From IMG/VR virus record IMGVR_UViG_2529292759_000002, positions 1-40,408 of that record: a stretch of DNA of 40,408 nucleotides; one strand, given 5' to 3'. The stretch is from a virus. Its lineage: Duplodnaviria > Heunggongvirae > Uroviricota > Caudoviricetes. Positions within the stretch are counted from its first letter, which is position 1. Each line of letters starts with the position of its first letter. The notes beneath the pieces were generated by a model. It was not told where the DNA came from and ran no database searches. It saw only the letters and a list, made by a program, of their open reading frames with translations. Both the position numbers and the translations under genes were made by a program. Shown here one piece after another: positions 8,137 through 16,436 of the stretch.

Positions 8137-8918
8137 ACAACGTTTTTACCGCGATACAAAACCGTGACGGAGAAGCCCTTTCTCGCATGTCAGGTTATGA
8201 GCATCAGTACACCAACAATGACAACGTGGTGAACATGTCAGCAGAGAGGCTTGTTGATGCCCTTTTCAAACAGCTGAAACAACTGTTTCCGGCGGCAGTG
8301 GTAACCAACCTGAAGACGCCAGAGCAGGAAGTTGCTGCAAAACAGCAGTGGATTGCTGCGTTTGCCGAAGGGGGGATCCGAACCCGTGAACAGGTTTCTG
8401 CTGGTATGCGCCACGCCCGCGCCAGTGAGTCTCCGTTCTGGCCGTCGCCAGGGCAATTCATCAAGTGGTGTAAAGACAGCAAGATGGTTCTTGGCGTCAC
8501 CATTGACGATGTGATGGCGGAGTTTCACCGGTACAGCAAGGAAAAAAGTTTATATCCTGGTGGTCCCGAAAGATTCCCGTGGCGACATCCGGTTATGTAC
8601 TGGGTCGTATGTGATACCCGCCGTGCAATGTATCAGCGCCAGCTTAGCGAGATTGAGGTTGAGAAACACGCGCGCAGGCTGCTCGATGATTGGGCGAAAA
8701 AGGTGGCTTCCGGACAGCAGATACCCGATCCGGTGATCAGCATACAGGCAAAGCCAGAACCCATGAGTACACCTCCGGACACAGGGAGAGACGTTTACCA
8801 TCCACCAGGGCGAAGTTTCGGGTGCATGCCTAACGCCGCCACCCTTGGGGGAATAACACCGGCGCAGTGGCTGATGGAGGAATACAGGCGGGGAAAGGCG
8901 GCAGGATTTATCAAGTAA
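8118..8918 (+). CDS. Replication protein P homologue (helicase loader)
   Basis: 266 aa; QWIAAFAEGGIRTREQVSAGMRHARASESPFWPSPGQFIKWC closely parallels recalled lambda P (QWVLAFRENGITTMEQVNAGMRVARRQNRPFLPSPGQFVAWC). Confidence 0.85.
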   Translation: MGGFLVNNVFTAIQNRDGEALSRMSGYEHQYTNNDNVVNMSAERLVDALFKQLKQLFPAAVVTNLKTPEQEVAAKQQWIAAFAEGGIRTREQVSAGMRHARASESPFWPSPGQFIKWCKDSKMVLGVTIDDVMAEFHRYSKEKSLYPGGPERFPWRHPVMYWVVCDTRRAMYQRQLSEIEVEKHARRLLDDWAKKVASGQQIPDPVISIQAKPEPMSTPPDTGRDVYHPPGRSFGCMPNAATLGGITPAQWLMEEYRRGKAAGFIK

Positions 8919-8922
8919 TACC

Positions 8923-8946
8923 AGCGCGATAGCGCATTTTTTTACG
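8923..8946 (+). terminator. Weak intrinsic terminator after the P homologue
   Basis: Short GCGC-GATA-GCGC stem followed by ATTTTTTT. Confidence 0.35.
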
Positions 8947-8955
8947 TCTCGATGA

Positions 8956-9031
8956 TTACCTACTGGGTAATAAAATATTCTAAAATCTATTGATTTAGTG
9001 TCTTATGTGGTTTTTAATTACCTCGGGGGTA
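8956..9031. promoter_or_regulatory. Pair of 15-bp palindromes (TTACCTACTGGGTAA 8956-8970; TTACCTCGGGGGTAA 9017-9031) upstream of the 9036 operon
   Basis: Two perfect sites 61 bp apart; the second overlaps the ribosome-binding region of the 9036 gene. Confidence 0.55.
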
Positions 9032-9035
9032 AATC

Positions 9036-9380
9036 ATGAGAAAACAGATACAGGCTCTTGGTCGACTCAAAACAGGCCAGATGAACAAAACAGAATCTGC
9101 GTATTGCCAGCACCTTGAGCAGCGTAAACGTGCAGGGGAAATCGCCTGGTATCGGTTCGAGGGTATCAAGCTGCGGTTAGCTGATAACACGTTTTATACG
9201 CCAGATTCCGCTGTGATGCTCGCCACCGGCGAGATGGAACTGCACGAAGTGAAAGGTTTCTGGACCGACGACGCCAGGGTGAAAACCAAAGTCGCCGCAG
9301 ATCAGTATCCGTTCCGAATCATCGGGGTAACGGTTAAGCCAAAGAAAGCAGGTGGTGGCTGGAACATCGAAGAGTTCTGA
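9036..9380 (+). CDS. Hypothetical phage protein (possibly DUF1064-like)
   Basis: 114 aa; family assignment from memory only. Confidence 0.5.
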   Translation: MRKQIQALGRLKTGQMNKTESAYCQHLEQRKRAGEIAWYRFEGIKLRLADNTFYTPDSAVMLATGEMELHEVKGFWTDDARVKTKVAADQYPFRIIGVTVKPKKAGGGWNIEEF

Positions 9381-9441
9381 ATCGACGATCTTTTTAGTTA
9401 TCAATGTAATCAATAAGTTATGTGGATAAGCGAGGGTAAAG

Positions 9442-9990
9442 ATGGAAAGTAATATCAAAGGGTTAGTTTCCGCCGGGCATGAGATGGCTTCGGAACTGAA
9501 AGCAGAATGTGGTGCCGTTGATATGCGCAGTGTGGCAAAGCTGATCAGCGATTTGGCAACGCAACTGGAAGTGCAACTGGTGCGTGCTAATGCGCTGGCG
9601 GCGGAGAATGCGGGGCTGAAACATGCAATGGCTGTAACTCTTGAGCATGTGTCGGTCACGGATGCAGGGCAGGCCGGAGTTGCTGCAATGATTATCAACG
9701 ATGCCCTGCACCACAGCGAAACTCCAGCCACCGATGCTTTTCTGGCTGAAATTCGTGCGGAGGCTCGCAACGAGGGGATTAACTATACCGCAAGCCGTCT
9801 TGCTGCTGCTTTCAACCACGGATTTATCAATAAGTCTTTACGTGAAGTTTTCGACGTTACACGCATGATTCTGTCAGCGAAAGAAGAGTTGGCTAATGAA
9901 CCGCACCCGATTGATGGCCTGTCCGGTGAATATGCGGAGAAATCCCTTGAAGAATGGGCGGAACAGCTTCGTAAAGGAGTCATCCAGTGA
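9442..9990 (+). CDS. Hypothetical early protein
   Basis: 182 aa, Ala-rich and helical; 4-bp overlap with the next gene. Confidence 0.5.
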   Translation: MESNIKGLVSAGHEMASELKAECGAVDMRSVAKLISDLATQLEVQLVRANALAAENAGLKHAMAVTLEHVSVTDAGQAGVAAMIINDALHHSETPATDAFLAEIRAEARNEGINYTASRLAAAFNHGFINKSLREVFDVTRMILSAKEELANEPHPIDGLSGEYAEKSLEEWAEQLRKGVIQ

Positions 9991-10430
9991 GCAAGATTGA
10001 CTATCAGGCACTGCGTGAGGCGGCAGAGAAAGCAACGTGTGGCGAGTGGTCGCTCGAATATGGAGATGGCCGATTTGATGGTGATGATGCACTAATTCAT
10101 CGTGAAGTTGCTGGATATATTCCCATTTGCAGAATTGAAGGAGCGCATCCAGAAAGCCGTTTCTATGAAGATTTCCAAATGGAGCAGCAGGCCAATGCTG
10201 AATTCATCGCCGCAGCCAATCCAGCTACCGTGCTGGCACTGCTGGATGAACTGGAAGCAGCAAAAAAGCGCATTGCAGAACTGGAAGCGCGGGAAATACT
10301 GCTCCCGGAACGTAGCAGCATGCTTCATCGAACAGATTTTCACGATGATTACCAAACGGTAATGGCATACAAAGTTTCTGAAGTCATCGATGCAATCCGC
10401 GCTACTGGCATTCGCATCAAAGGAGAGTGA
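9987..10430 (+). CDS. Ead/Ea22-like family protein (tentative)
   Basis: 147 aa; REAAEKATCGEW and AANPATVLALLDELEAAKKRIAELE resemble Ea22-like proteins as recalled. Confidence 0.5.
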   Translation: MSKIDYQALREAAEKATCGEWSLEYGDGRFDGDDALIHREVAGYIPICRIEGAHPESRFYEDFQMEQQANAEFIAAANPATVLALLDELEAAKKRIAELEAREILLPERSSMLHRTDFHDDYQTVMAYKVSEVIDAIRATGIRIKGE

Positions 10431-10431
10431 G

Positions 10432-11187
10432 ATGATTCACTACCACGGTGGGCCTATTACTCCTGATACGTGCGCAATGAGAGCATGGAAAGGGCGACAT
10501 GCGTTTATCAGTTTTGCGCATTCAGGCCAGATCAATCTCGCGGCTGAATACTGTCAGTCGTTCGCGCTGGACAACGGTGCATTCACCGCCTGGAAAGCAG
10601 CTGGCAAAAACAAAATCGACTGGAGCGATTACTACGAGTTTGTTGCTCGCTGGAAGAATCACCCAGGATTCGATTTTGCCATTATCCCGGATGTTATTGA
10701 TGGCGGAGAGGAGGAAAATGATGCGCTTCTGAATGAGTGGCCTCACGGAAAACTAGCTGGCGTTCCAGTGTGGCACATGAATGAAAGTGACGAGCGATTT
10801 ATTCATTTGTGCAATGAGTTTCCGCGAGTGGCTATCGGTAGTTGTGGCGACTATGACGTAAAGCGCCCAACTCTTGCGGTAGCCAGAATGAAAGACCTGA
10901 TTCGTCACATTGTTGATGGGCATGGTCAGCCGGTTACGAAACTACATGGATTGCGCATGTTAAATCCGCTGATATTCACAAAATTACCCTTAGCCAGCGC
11001 AGATAGTACGAACGTCGCTCGAAACATCGGTATTGATAAAGCCTGGTCTGGGGCTTATGCACCTGCAAGTAAAGAGACACGCGCAGCATTAATGGTAGAA
11101 CGGATTGAGGCACACAATAGCCCTGGTTCTCTTGCGTATTGTGAACAACGCGACCGCTTTGAAATGCAATTGCAACTAGCAGTTTAA
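10432..11187 (+). CDS. Hypothetical enzyme-like protein of unknown function (252 aa)
   Basis: Start at the internal ATG (MIHYHGGP...) 1 nt after the previous stop; acidic Asp/Glu-rich segments; no confident family. Confidence 0.5.
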   Translation: MIHYHGGPITPDTCAMRAWKGRHAFISFAHSGQINLAAEYCQSFALDNGAFTAWKAAGKNKIDWSDYYEFVARWKNHPGFDFAIIPDVIDGGEEENDALLNEWPHGKLAGVPVWHMNESDERFIHLCNEFPRVAIGSCGDYDVKRPTLAVARMKDLIRHIVDGHGQPVTKLHGLRMLNPLIFTKLPLASADSTNVARNIGIDKAWSGAYAPASKETRAALMVERIEAHNSPGSLAYCEQRDRFEMQLQLAV

Positions 11188-11197
11188 GGACTAACAA

Positions 11198-11566
11198 ATG
11201 ACCACTATTACCAAAGAACGTATTGAATTGTTCATTAAAAATCCGCTTGAAAACGGGCTTACTCGTGGCGAACAAATGGAACTGGCACGAATTGCACTGG
11301 CATCACTGGGAGCAGAACCTGTAAGCCAAACTTACAAGTTGAACGAGCTGTCGGGCAACTATCCGGTAACTCCGGATGGTTGGATAAGCTGTAGTGAGCG
11401 AATGCCCGCTCAAGATGATTGGATTTTAATTTATTCAAAGCACGGCGAGTATATGGCAGGACAGGTACAAGGGGAATACGTGGAGTTGAGCGACGGCACT
11501 TTATCGTGGTTAGGGAACGCCTTGTACTGGATGCCTCTACCGGAACCGCCGCAGGAGGTTAATTGA
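11198..11566 (+). CDS. DUF551-like phage protein
   Basis: 122 aa; C-terminal pattern W...ERMP...W...LYWMPLPEPP resembles DUF551 proteins. Confidence 0.5.
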   Translation: MTTITKERIELFIKNPLENGLTRGEQMELARIALASLGAEPVSQTYKLNELSGNYPVTPDGWISCSERMPAQDDWILIYSKHGEYMAGQVQGEYVELSDGTLSWLGNALYWMPLPEPPQEVN

Positions 11567-11850
11567 TGGTCTCCTTCGCGAAATATACGATTATTGACTG
11601 GATAGCATTCATTCAGGTTTTGCTCATCTGGTTTTATATGGCTTACAGGAGTGGACAGTGGATTGTCAGTGTAGCCTGTAGCAATGGATGGCGTTGGTGG
11701 AACCGAAAGAATAAAAAAGCGCTGGCCTTGGCTTCGTTTTACGAAGCATTCAATCTTAACAGTCTTCAGCCTGGTTTTGTCGTTGTAGTCACCACTCAAA
11801 GCGGCATGACGATACAAATTCACAAGCCAAAGGAGGAAGGTCGTGGCTAA
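11563..11850 (+). CDS. Hypothetical small protein with a hydrophobic N-terminus
   Basis: 95 aa; 4-bp overlap with the upstream gene. Confidence 0.4.
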   Translation: MMVSFAKYTIIDWIAFIQVLLIWFYMAYRSGQWIVSVACSNGWRWWNRKNKKALALASFYEAFNLNSLQPGFVVVVTTQSGMTIQIHKPKEEGRG

Positions 11851-12124
11851 CCTGCAACTTGCCGTTAAAGGTGAATACTTCGATGCCATGATTCGCGGAG
11901 AGAAAACGGAAGAGTATCGCCTGTGTAATGACTACTGGAATAAGCGAATTATGTTCCGGGAGTATGACCGCCTGATTATCACAAAGGGATATCCGAAGCG
12001 CGACGATTCCAGCCGTAGAATTGATGTTCCGTATGACGGATATGAAATAAAGACAATCACACATCCCCACTTCGGCGATAAACCGGTAAAGGTGTACGCG
12101 ATAAAGGTGAATATTGATGGCTAA
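11843..12124 (+). CDS. Hypothetical small protein (possibly ASCH/PUA-like fold)
   Basis: 93 aa; overlaps both neighbours, consistent with an operon. Confidence 0.45.
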   Translation: MANLQLAVKGEYFDAMIRGEKTEEYRLCNDYWNKRIMFREYDRLIITKGYPKRDDSSRRIDVPYDGYEIKTITHPHFGDKPVKVYAIKVNIDG

Positions 12125-12455
12125 ATCAGCAGCAGAGCGCAAAGCCGCTCAGAGAGCCAGACAAGCTGCATCTGGTGTGCGTAAGCTGGAAATTGTGCTT
12201 GATGCTCAGGAAATTGAAATGCTGGAGCGTAACTGTGCCACGCGTCGCCCCGGGCGTGCGCCTTACGAATTTGGTGAGTATATAGCGTTACTGATCCGCC
12301 AGGATGATGCACGCGTGCGCGGGCGTATAAAATCGATCAGCAAAAAATGTTGCGGTAAGTGCGGCGAGAGAGTTCCAGTTAATTCATGCCCGTGTAATGG
12401 TGACTCGCAATGCTGGGTGACTAAAGGCTGGCATGAAACGAAATTAATAGTGTGA
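12114..12455 (+). CDS. Cys-rich small protein immediately upstream of a terminator and the terminase genes; candidate late-gene regulator
   Basis: 113 aa; basic N-terminus; C-terminal cluster KKCCGKCGERVPVNSCPCNGDSQC; position analogous to a Q-type regulator (inference). Confidence 0.45.
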   Translation: MMAKSAAERKAAQRARQAASGVRKLEIVLDAQEIEMLERNCATRRPGRAPYEFGEYIALLIRQDDARVRGRIKSISKKCCGKCGERVPVNSCPCNGDSQCWVTKGWHETKLIV

Positions 12456-12504
12456 CATGTCACGAGTAGATTATGCATGATGAATTTGATGGGGTTTGAA
12501 TACT

Positions 12505-12530
12505 GCCGCCAACTATGGCGGCTTTATTTT
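12505..12530 (+). terminator. Strong intrinsic terminator between the early block and the terminase genes
   Basis: GCCGCC-AACTAT-GGCGGC hairpin followed by TTTATTTT. Confidence 0.7.
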
Positions 12531-12541
12531 GCATGGTACTA

Positions 12542-12574
12542 TTACCACAACGGTAACTATTACCACGGTGGTTA
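12542..12574. promoter_or_regulatory. Tandem 15-bp palindromes directly upstream of the terminase small-subunit start
   Basis: TTACCACAACGGTAA (12542-12556) and TTACCACGGTGGTTA (12560-12574), the second ending at the ATG. Confidence 0.5.
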
Positions 12575-13170
12575 TGATGCCTGCTGAACCTAAAACCTAT
12601 AAACGCAAATCAACGCAATTTAAGCCACTAACAGCAATGCAGGAGGCTTATTGCCAGTCATACATCAAAACGCCTGAAAACCAGACTCAGGCAGCGATTA
12701 ACGCAGGATTCTCCCCAAATACAGCGGCAGTTAAAGCCAGTGTCATGATGCGCGATGAACGCATTCAAAAACGGATTGCCGAGTTGATGGAGGAGCGCAA
12801 CAAACGAATGCGCGTCAGTGCTGATTACGTTCTCATGCGCCTGGTGGAGATCGACCAGATGGACGTGATCGACATCCTCAACGACGATGGGAGCCTTAAA
12901 CCAATCCGTGAGTGGCCGAAAATCTGGCGCACTACGCTTAGTGGCTTTGATCTGTCATCGACCATCATGAACATGAACGAGGATTCGATAGAGACAATCC
13001 TCAAAAAAATTAAATGGCCTGACAAGGTGAAGAACCTTGAGCTGATTGGTAAGCATGTTGATGTCAACGCGTTCAAAGAACGTCTGGATGTTAATGTGAA
13101 TGTGACAATTGCTGATCGCATAGCAGCAGCCAGGAAGCGACTCAAAGAACGTCAGGATGGTAATCAGTGA
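12574..13170 (+). CDS. Terminase small subunit
   Basis: Start at the internal ATG (MMPAEPKTYKRK...); about 198 aa; directly precedes the large subunit with 4-bp overlap. Confidence 0.7.
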   Translation: MMPAEPKTYKRKSTQFKPLTAMQEAYCQSYIKTPENQTQAAINAGFSPNTAAVKASVMMRDERIQKRIAELMEERNKRMRVSADYVLMRLVEIDQMDVIDILNDDGSLKPIREWPKIWRTTLSGFDLSSTIMNMNEDSIETILKKIKWPDKVKNLELIGKHVDVNAFKERLDVNVNVTIADRIAAARKRLKERQDGNQ

Positions 13171-14636
13171 CAGATACAGCGTTATCTCCTGAAGAGCAGT
13201 TGATCGAGGATATTGCAGGGTTCACTCACGATCCGCTTGGCTATGCCCTCTATGCGTTCCCGTGGGGGGAAGAGGGTACTGAACTGGCACATGCCACCGG
13301 TCCACGTCAGTGGCAGGCCGATGCGTTCCGAGAGATACGTGATCACCTGCAGAATCCAGAGACGCGCTATCAGCCGCTTATGCTGGCACGCGCTTCTGGT
13401 CACGGTATTGGTAAATCCGCATTCATCTCAATGCTGATCAACTGGGGCATGTCCACTTGCGAGGATTGTAAGGTCGTGGTGACCGCCAACACCGACAACC
13501 AGCTACGAACGAAGACCTGGCCGGAAATTATCAAGTGGTCGAACCTTGCTATCACGAAAGACTGGTTTACCTGTACCGCTACTGCGATGTACAGCAATGA
13601 TCCTGGGCACGACAAGCGGTGGCGAGCTGACGCAATCCCCTGGTCTGAGCACAACACTGAGGCATTCGCCGGACTACACAACGAGCGCAAACGCATCATC
13701 GTGGTATTCGATGAAGCGTCGAACATTGCGGATCTGGTGTGGGAAGTTGCTGAGGGTGCGCTTACGGACGAAGACACTGAGATTATCTGGGTGGCGTTCG
13801 GAAACCCGACGCGTAATACCGGACGTTTCCGTGAATGTTTCCGCAAGTATAAACACCGCTGGAAAACTGCGCAGATTGACAGTCGGACGGTGGAAGGTAC
13901 CAACAAACAGCAGTTGCAGAAATGGGTTGATGACTACGGGGAAGACAGCGACTTCGTTAAAATCCGTGTGCGTGGCATATTCCCTGATGCATCTGAATTG
14001 CAGTTTATCCCTACCGGTCTTACTGACGAGGCAATGAAACGGGTGGTAACCGCTGCGCAGGTTGCACATGCTCCGGTGATAATCGGCGTTGACCCGGCAT
14101 ACTCCGGCGTTGATGACGCTGTGATATACCTGCGGCAGGGGCTACACAGTAAGGTGCTGTGGACTGGCAACAAGACCACTGACGATCTGATAATGGCGAA
14201 GCGTATCGCTGACTTTGAAGACCAGTACCAGGCTGACGCAGTGTTCATCGACTTCGGTTACGGAACTGGTCTGAAGTCAATCGGTGACGGCTGGGGTCGT
14301 ACATGGCAACTTGTTCCGTTTGGTGGCGCGTCTACTGACCCGCAGATGCTCAACAAGCGTGGGGAGATGTTCAACTCATGCAAGACATGGCTGAGGCTGG
14401 GCGGCATGCTTGATGACCAGGAAACAGCGGACGACCTGTCGGCGGCAGAGTACAAAGTTCGAGTGGACGGTAAAATCGTTATCGAACCGAAGGAAGATAT
14501 CAAGGAGCGGCTTGGGCGTTCTCCTGGTAAAGGCGATGCGCTACTGCTGACGTTTGCGTTCCCGGTAGCCAAGAAAACTAATGACCCACGGCAGCAGCAG
14601 GGCAGGGCTATAACAGACTATGACCCATTTGAATGA
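13167..14636 (+). CDS. Terminase large subunit
   Basis: 489 aa; Walker-A-like RASGHGIGKS; VVFDEASNI (Walker B/DExx-like); C-terminal nuclease-like region. Confidence 0.9.
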   Translation: MTDTALSPEEQLIEDIAGFTHDPLGYALYAFPWGEEGTELAHATGPRQWQADAFREIRDHLQNPETRYQPLMLARASGHGIGKSAFISMLINWGMSTCEDCKVVVTANTDNQLRTKTWPEIIKWSNLAITKDWFTCTATAMYSNDPGHDKRWRADAIPWSEHNTEAFAGLHNERKRIIVVFDEASNIADLVWEVAEGALTDEDTEIIWVAFGNPTRNTGRFRECFRKYKHRWKTAQIDSRTVEGTNKQQLQKWVDDYGEDSDFVKIRVRGIFPDASELQFIPTGLTDEAMKRVVTAAQVAHAPVIIGVDPAYSGVDDAVIYLRQGLHSKVLWTGNKTTDDLIMAKRIADFEDQYQADAVFIDFGYGTGLKSIGDGWGRTWQLVPFGGASTDPQMLNKRGEMFNSCKTWLRLGGMLDDQETADDLSAAEYKVRVDGKIVIEPKEDIKERLGRSPGKGDALLLTFAFPVAKKTNDPRQQQGRAITDYDPFE

Positions 14637-14639
14637 TTT

Positions 14640-15488
14640 TTACTTTTGTGTTTTTGATTTTCTTTGATAGGTGGAATTTAAATCACCATTTATATTTACT
14701 AGAGGATTATTCAATAATGTACTGATTTCTGGATTGTTAATTCCAGTAACGCCAAGTTTCTTTACGGACTCATTAAAGTCTTGTAATGATTTTAGACCTA
14801 CAAGCCCATTAGCAATTGTATTATTTGTTGCCAAAGGAATGTTTTTCTTATAGGACTCATATTCGTTTTTTAAATTTTTGTGAGTTTTTTCTAGATTTTC
14901 TAGTTTAGATGTTGTTTCATCAATAACCTTAGATAATTCTAAAATACGAGCTTGTGCTGCGCGCAGTTCTGTCTCCCTCTCTTTCAATTCAGATGTGAGT
15001 TGTCCCATTCTGTCTTTTGAAAGAATTATTTCCTCTTTCATGTCTTGAATGTTTTTTTCAGCGCCTGTTTTTACTTTTTCGTAAGTAATGTCTTTTTTAG
15101 CCAGCAATCTCTGTAGCCGTGTTTCACGTTGTATTTTTCTTGCCTTCCGGTGGTTTTCGATTGAGTCATTATTATCAAGAGGTTTTGCTTGCCATACGTT
15201 AATGATATTGTTTACCCATGGTAATAGGCAGCAGATAGTAATTACAGATAAGCATGGATAAAACATAACAGTTTTCCATGTGCTGTTATCTGAGATGTAT
15301 GAAATTTTATCTATTATATTTGATTTGCTAAAAAACAGATAAAGAAGTGATTTCCAGTTGAAGGCGCACCAGGACATAACAAAAGCACCAAGCACAGGGT
15401 TTTTAGCTCGATGCACGGCAGTATTGGCAGTAGATAAAAACAGCTCTTTGAACGATTCGAACATACTAATTACCTTAAAGTTTTTCAT
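14640..15488 (-). CDS. AT-rich moron: unknown protein with two N-terminal hydrophobic segments and a long coiled-coil region
   Basis: Reverse strand between the terminase and portal genes; markedly AT-rich; start at MKNFKV (15488) or an internal Met at 15464; coiled-coil-like segment ETRLQRLLAKK...ELRAAQARILELSKVIDETTSKLENLEKTHKNLKNE. Confidence 0.6.
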   Translation of the reverse strand: MKNFKVISMFESFKELFLSTANTAVHRAKNPVLGAFVMSWCAFNWKSLLYLFFSKSNIIDKISYISDNSTWKTVMFYPCLSVITICCLLPWVNNIINVWQAKPLDNNDSIENHRKARKIQRETRLQRLLAKKDITYEKVKTGAEKNIQDMKEEIILSKDRMGQLTSELKERETELRAAQARILELSKVIDETTSKLENLEKTHKNLKNEYESYKKNIPLATNNTIANGLVGLKSLQDFNESVKKLGVTGINNPEISTLLNNPLVNINGDLNSTYQRKSKTQK

Positions 15489-15507
15489 GATTATACCTTT
15501 AAGGTAA
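15470..15507. promoter_or_regulatory. Palindromic site (ATACCTTTAAGGTAA 15493-15507) plus half-site (TTACC 15470-15474) at the moron start; a TATAAT hexamer overlaps
   Basis: Minus strand reads TTACCTTAAAGGTATAATCATG; a second ATTACCTTAAAG copy lies 25 bp downstream in the transcript. Confidence 0.5.
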
Positions 15508-15521
15508 TTTGTGGTCATCAG

Positions 15522-15548
15522 GCAAAAAAAATGCCCGGCGAACCGGGC
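15522..15548 (-). terminator. Intrinsic terminator between the tRNA and the moron (minus strand)
   Basis: Minus-strand GCCCGG-TTCG-CCGGGC hairpin followed by TTTTTTTT. Confidence 0.6.
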
Positions 15549-15711
15549 GAACTGGAAGCAATGAGTTATGCCTTCCGTGGCTGTACGGGTTTACAGCATG
15601 AAGTCATCGCAATGGCGTCCTGCTGTAAAAAGGGCGGTGATAGGCCTTCAAGGGAAACCATCACCGCCAAGCCCCTGGAACTTCTGGCATCACGGTCCTC
15701 AGGCGTGATTC

Positions 15712-15788
15712 TGGCGTGGCATGCAGGATTCGAACCTGCGACCAACCGCTTAGAAGGCGGTTGCTCTGTCCAACTGAGCTAATGCCAC
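15712..15788 (-). tRNA. tRNA-Arg (anticodon UCU), argU-like
   Basis: Hand-folded cloverleaf: acceptor GTGGCAT/ATGCCAC, D-stem GCTC/GAGC, anticodon stem ACCGC/GCGGT with loop CTTCTAA, T-arm GCAGG-TTCGAAT-CCTGC, encoded CCA; 77 nt. Confidence 0.85.
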
Positions 15789-16110
15789 AACGCTGAGAGC
15801 ACTTAGCCTGTTAAGGCGCCACACTTTGTCGCGGCTCCATAAATGCTCTCATCGTTGTACCCTCGTCTCTTCCGAGGCGTCACACCGAATCGCCGGGATG
15901 GTGAATCCCCGTGCGCGGAATAAAACCGCTCGACTTGCACATTCCGGCTACCTGGTTCGTTTGCCCGAGCAAGGGAGGGTGCCCCTTAAACGTATCCAGA
16001 CCGCTATCGGCGCATGTGCCATACGCCGTACTGCTCAAAATAAAAGCTCACTCCACCTGTTCAATTTAACGACAAGCCAGTCAGGTTAGTAACCGGAATG
16101 AACTCTTTGG

Positions 16111-16125
16111 TTACCTGAAGGGTAA
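16111..16125. promoter_or_regulatory. 15-bp palindrome (TTACCTGAAGGGTAA) upstream of the structural gene block
   Basis: Perfect site about 90 bp upstream of the 16216 ATG. Confidence 0.45.
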
Positions 16126-16215
16126 TAATTTGTGCGTTAAATGTCAACTATCTACGATAAATAAATCATATGTGGTTAAATTGGTAATAATTTAATTGCG
16201 TACGGAGTCATTGAT

Positions 16216-16422
16216 ATGTGCATGGGTAGCTCACCATCAGTGCCTGCAACACCAGAAGTTCAGGCAGCACCACAGGAGCAGGATGCCGCCGTTGTTGATG
16301 CCCGCGACGAAGAAACACGTCGCCGTCGCGCTGCTGCTGGTCGTAGTTCTACGCTGCTTACCGGTTCTCAGGGCGACACATCAACCGCTAATACCAGCGG
16401 TAAAACACTGCTTGGTCAGTAA
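16216..16422 (+). CDS. Small hypothetical protein preceding the portal gene
   Basis: 68 aa, low complexity (Ala/Gln/Thr-rich); GGAG Shine-Dalgarno about 9 nt upstream. Confidence 0.45.
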   Translation: MCMGSSPSVPATPEVQAAPQEQDAAVVDARDEETRRRRAAAGRSSTLLTGSQGDTSTANTSGKTLLGQ

Positions 16423-16436
16423 CCGGAGTCATTGAA

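Noticed and set aside
12496-12573. Extended N-terminus of the terminase small-subunit ORF
   Set aside because: The extra codons run through the intrinsic terminator and the palindromic sites; the internal ATG at 12574 is the plausible start.
15531-15782. Plus-strand 83-aa ORF
   Set aside because: It overlaps the minus-strand tRNA-Arg and its terminator; no ribosome-binding site.
15826-16089. Plus-strand 87-aa ORF in the gap upstream of the tRNA
   Set aside because: No ribosome-binding site; composition and position suggest non-coding DNA.
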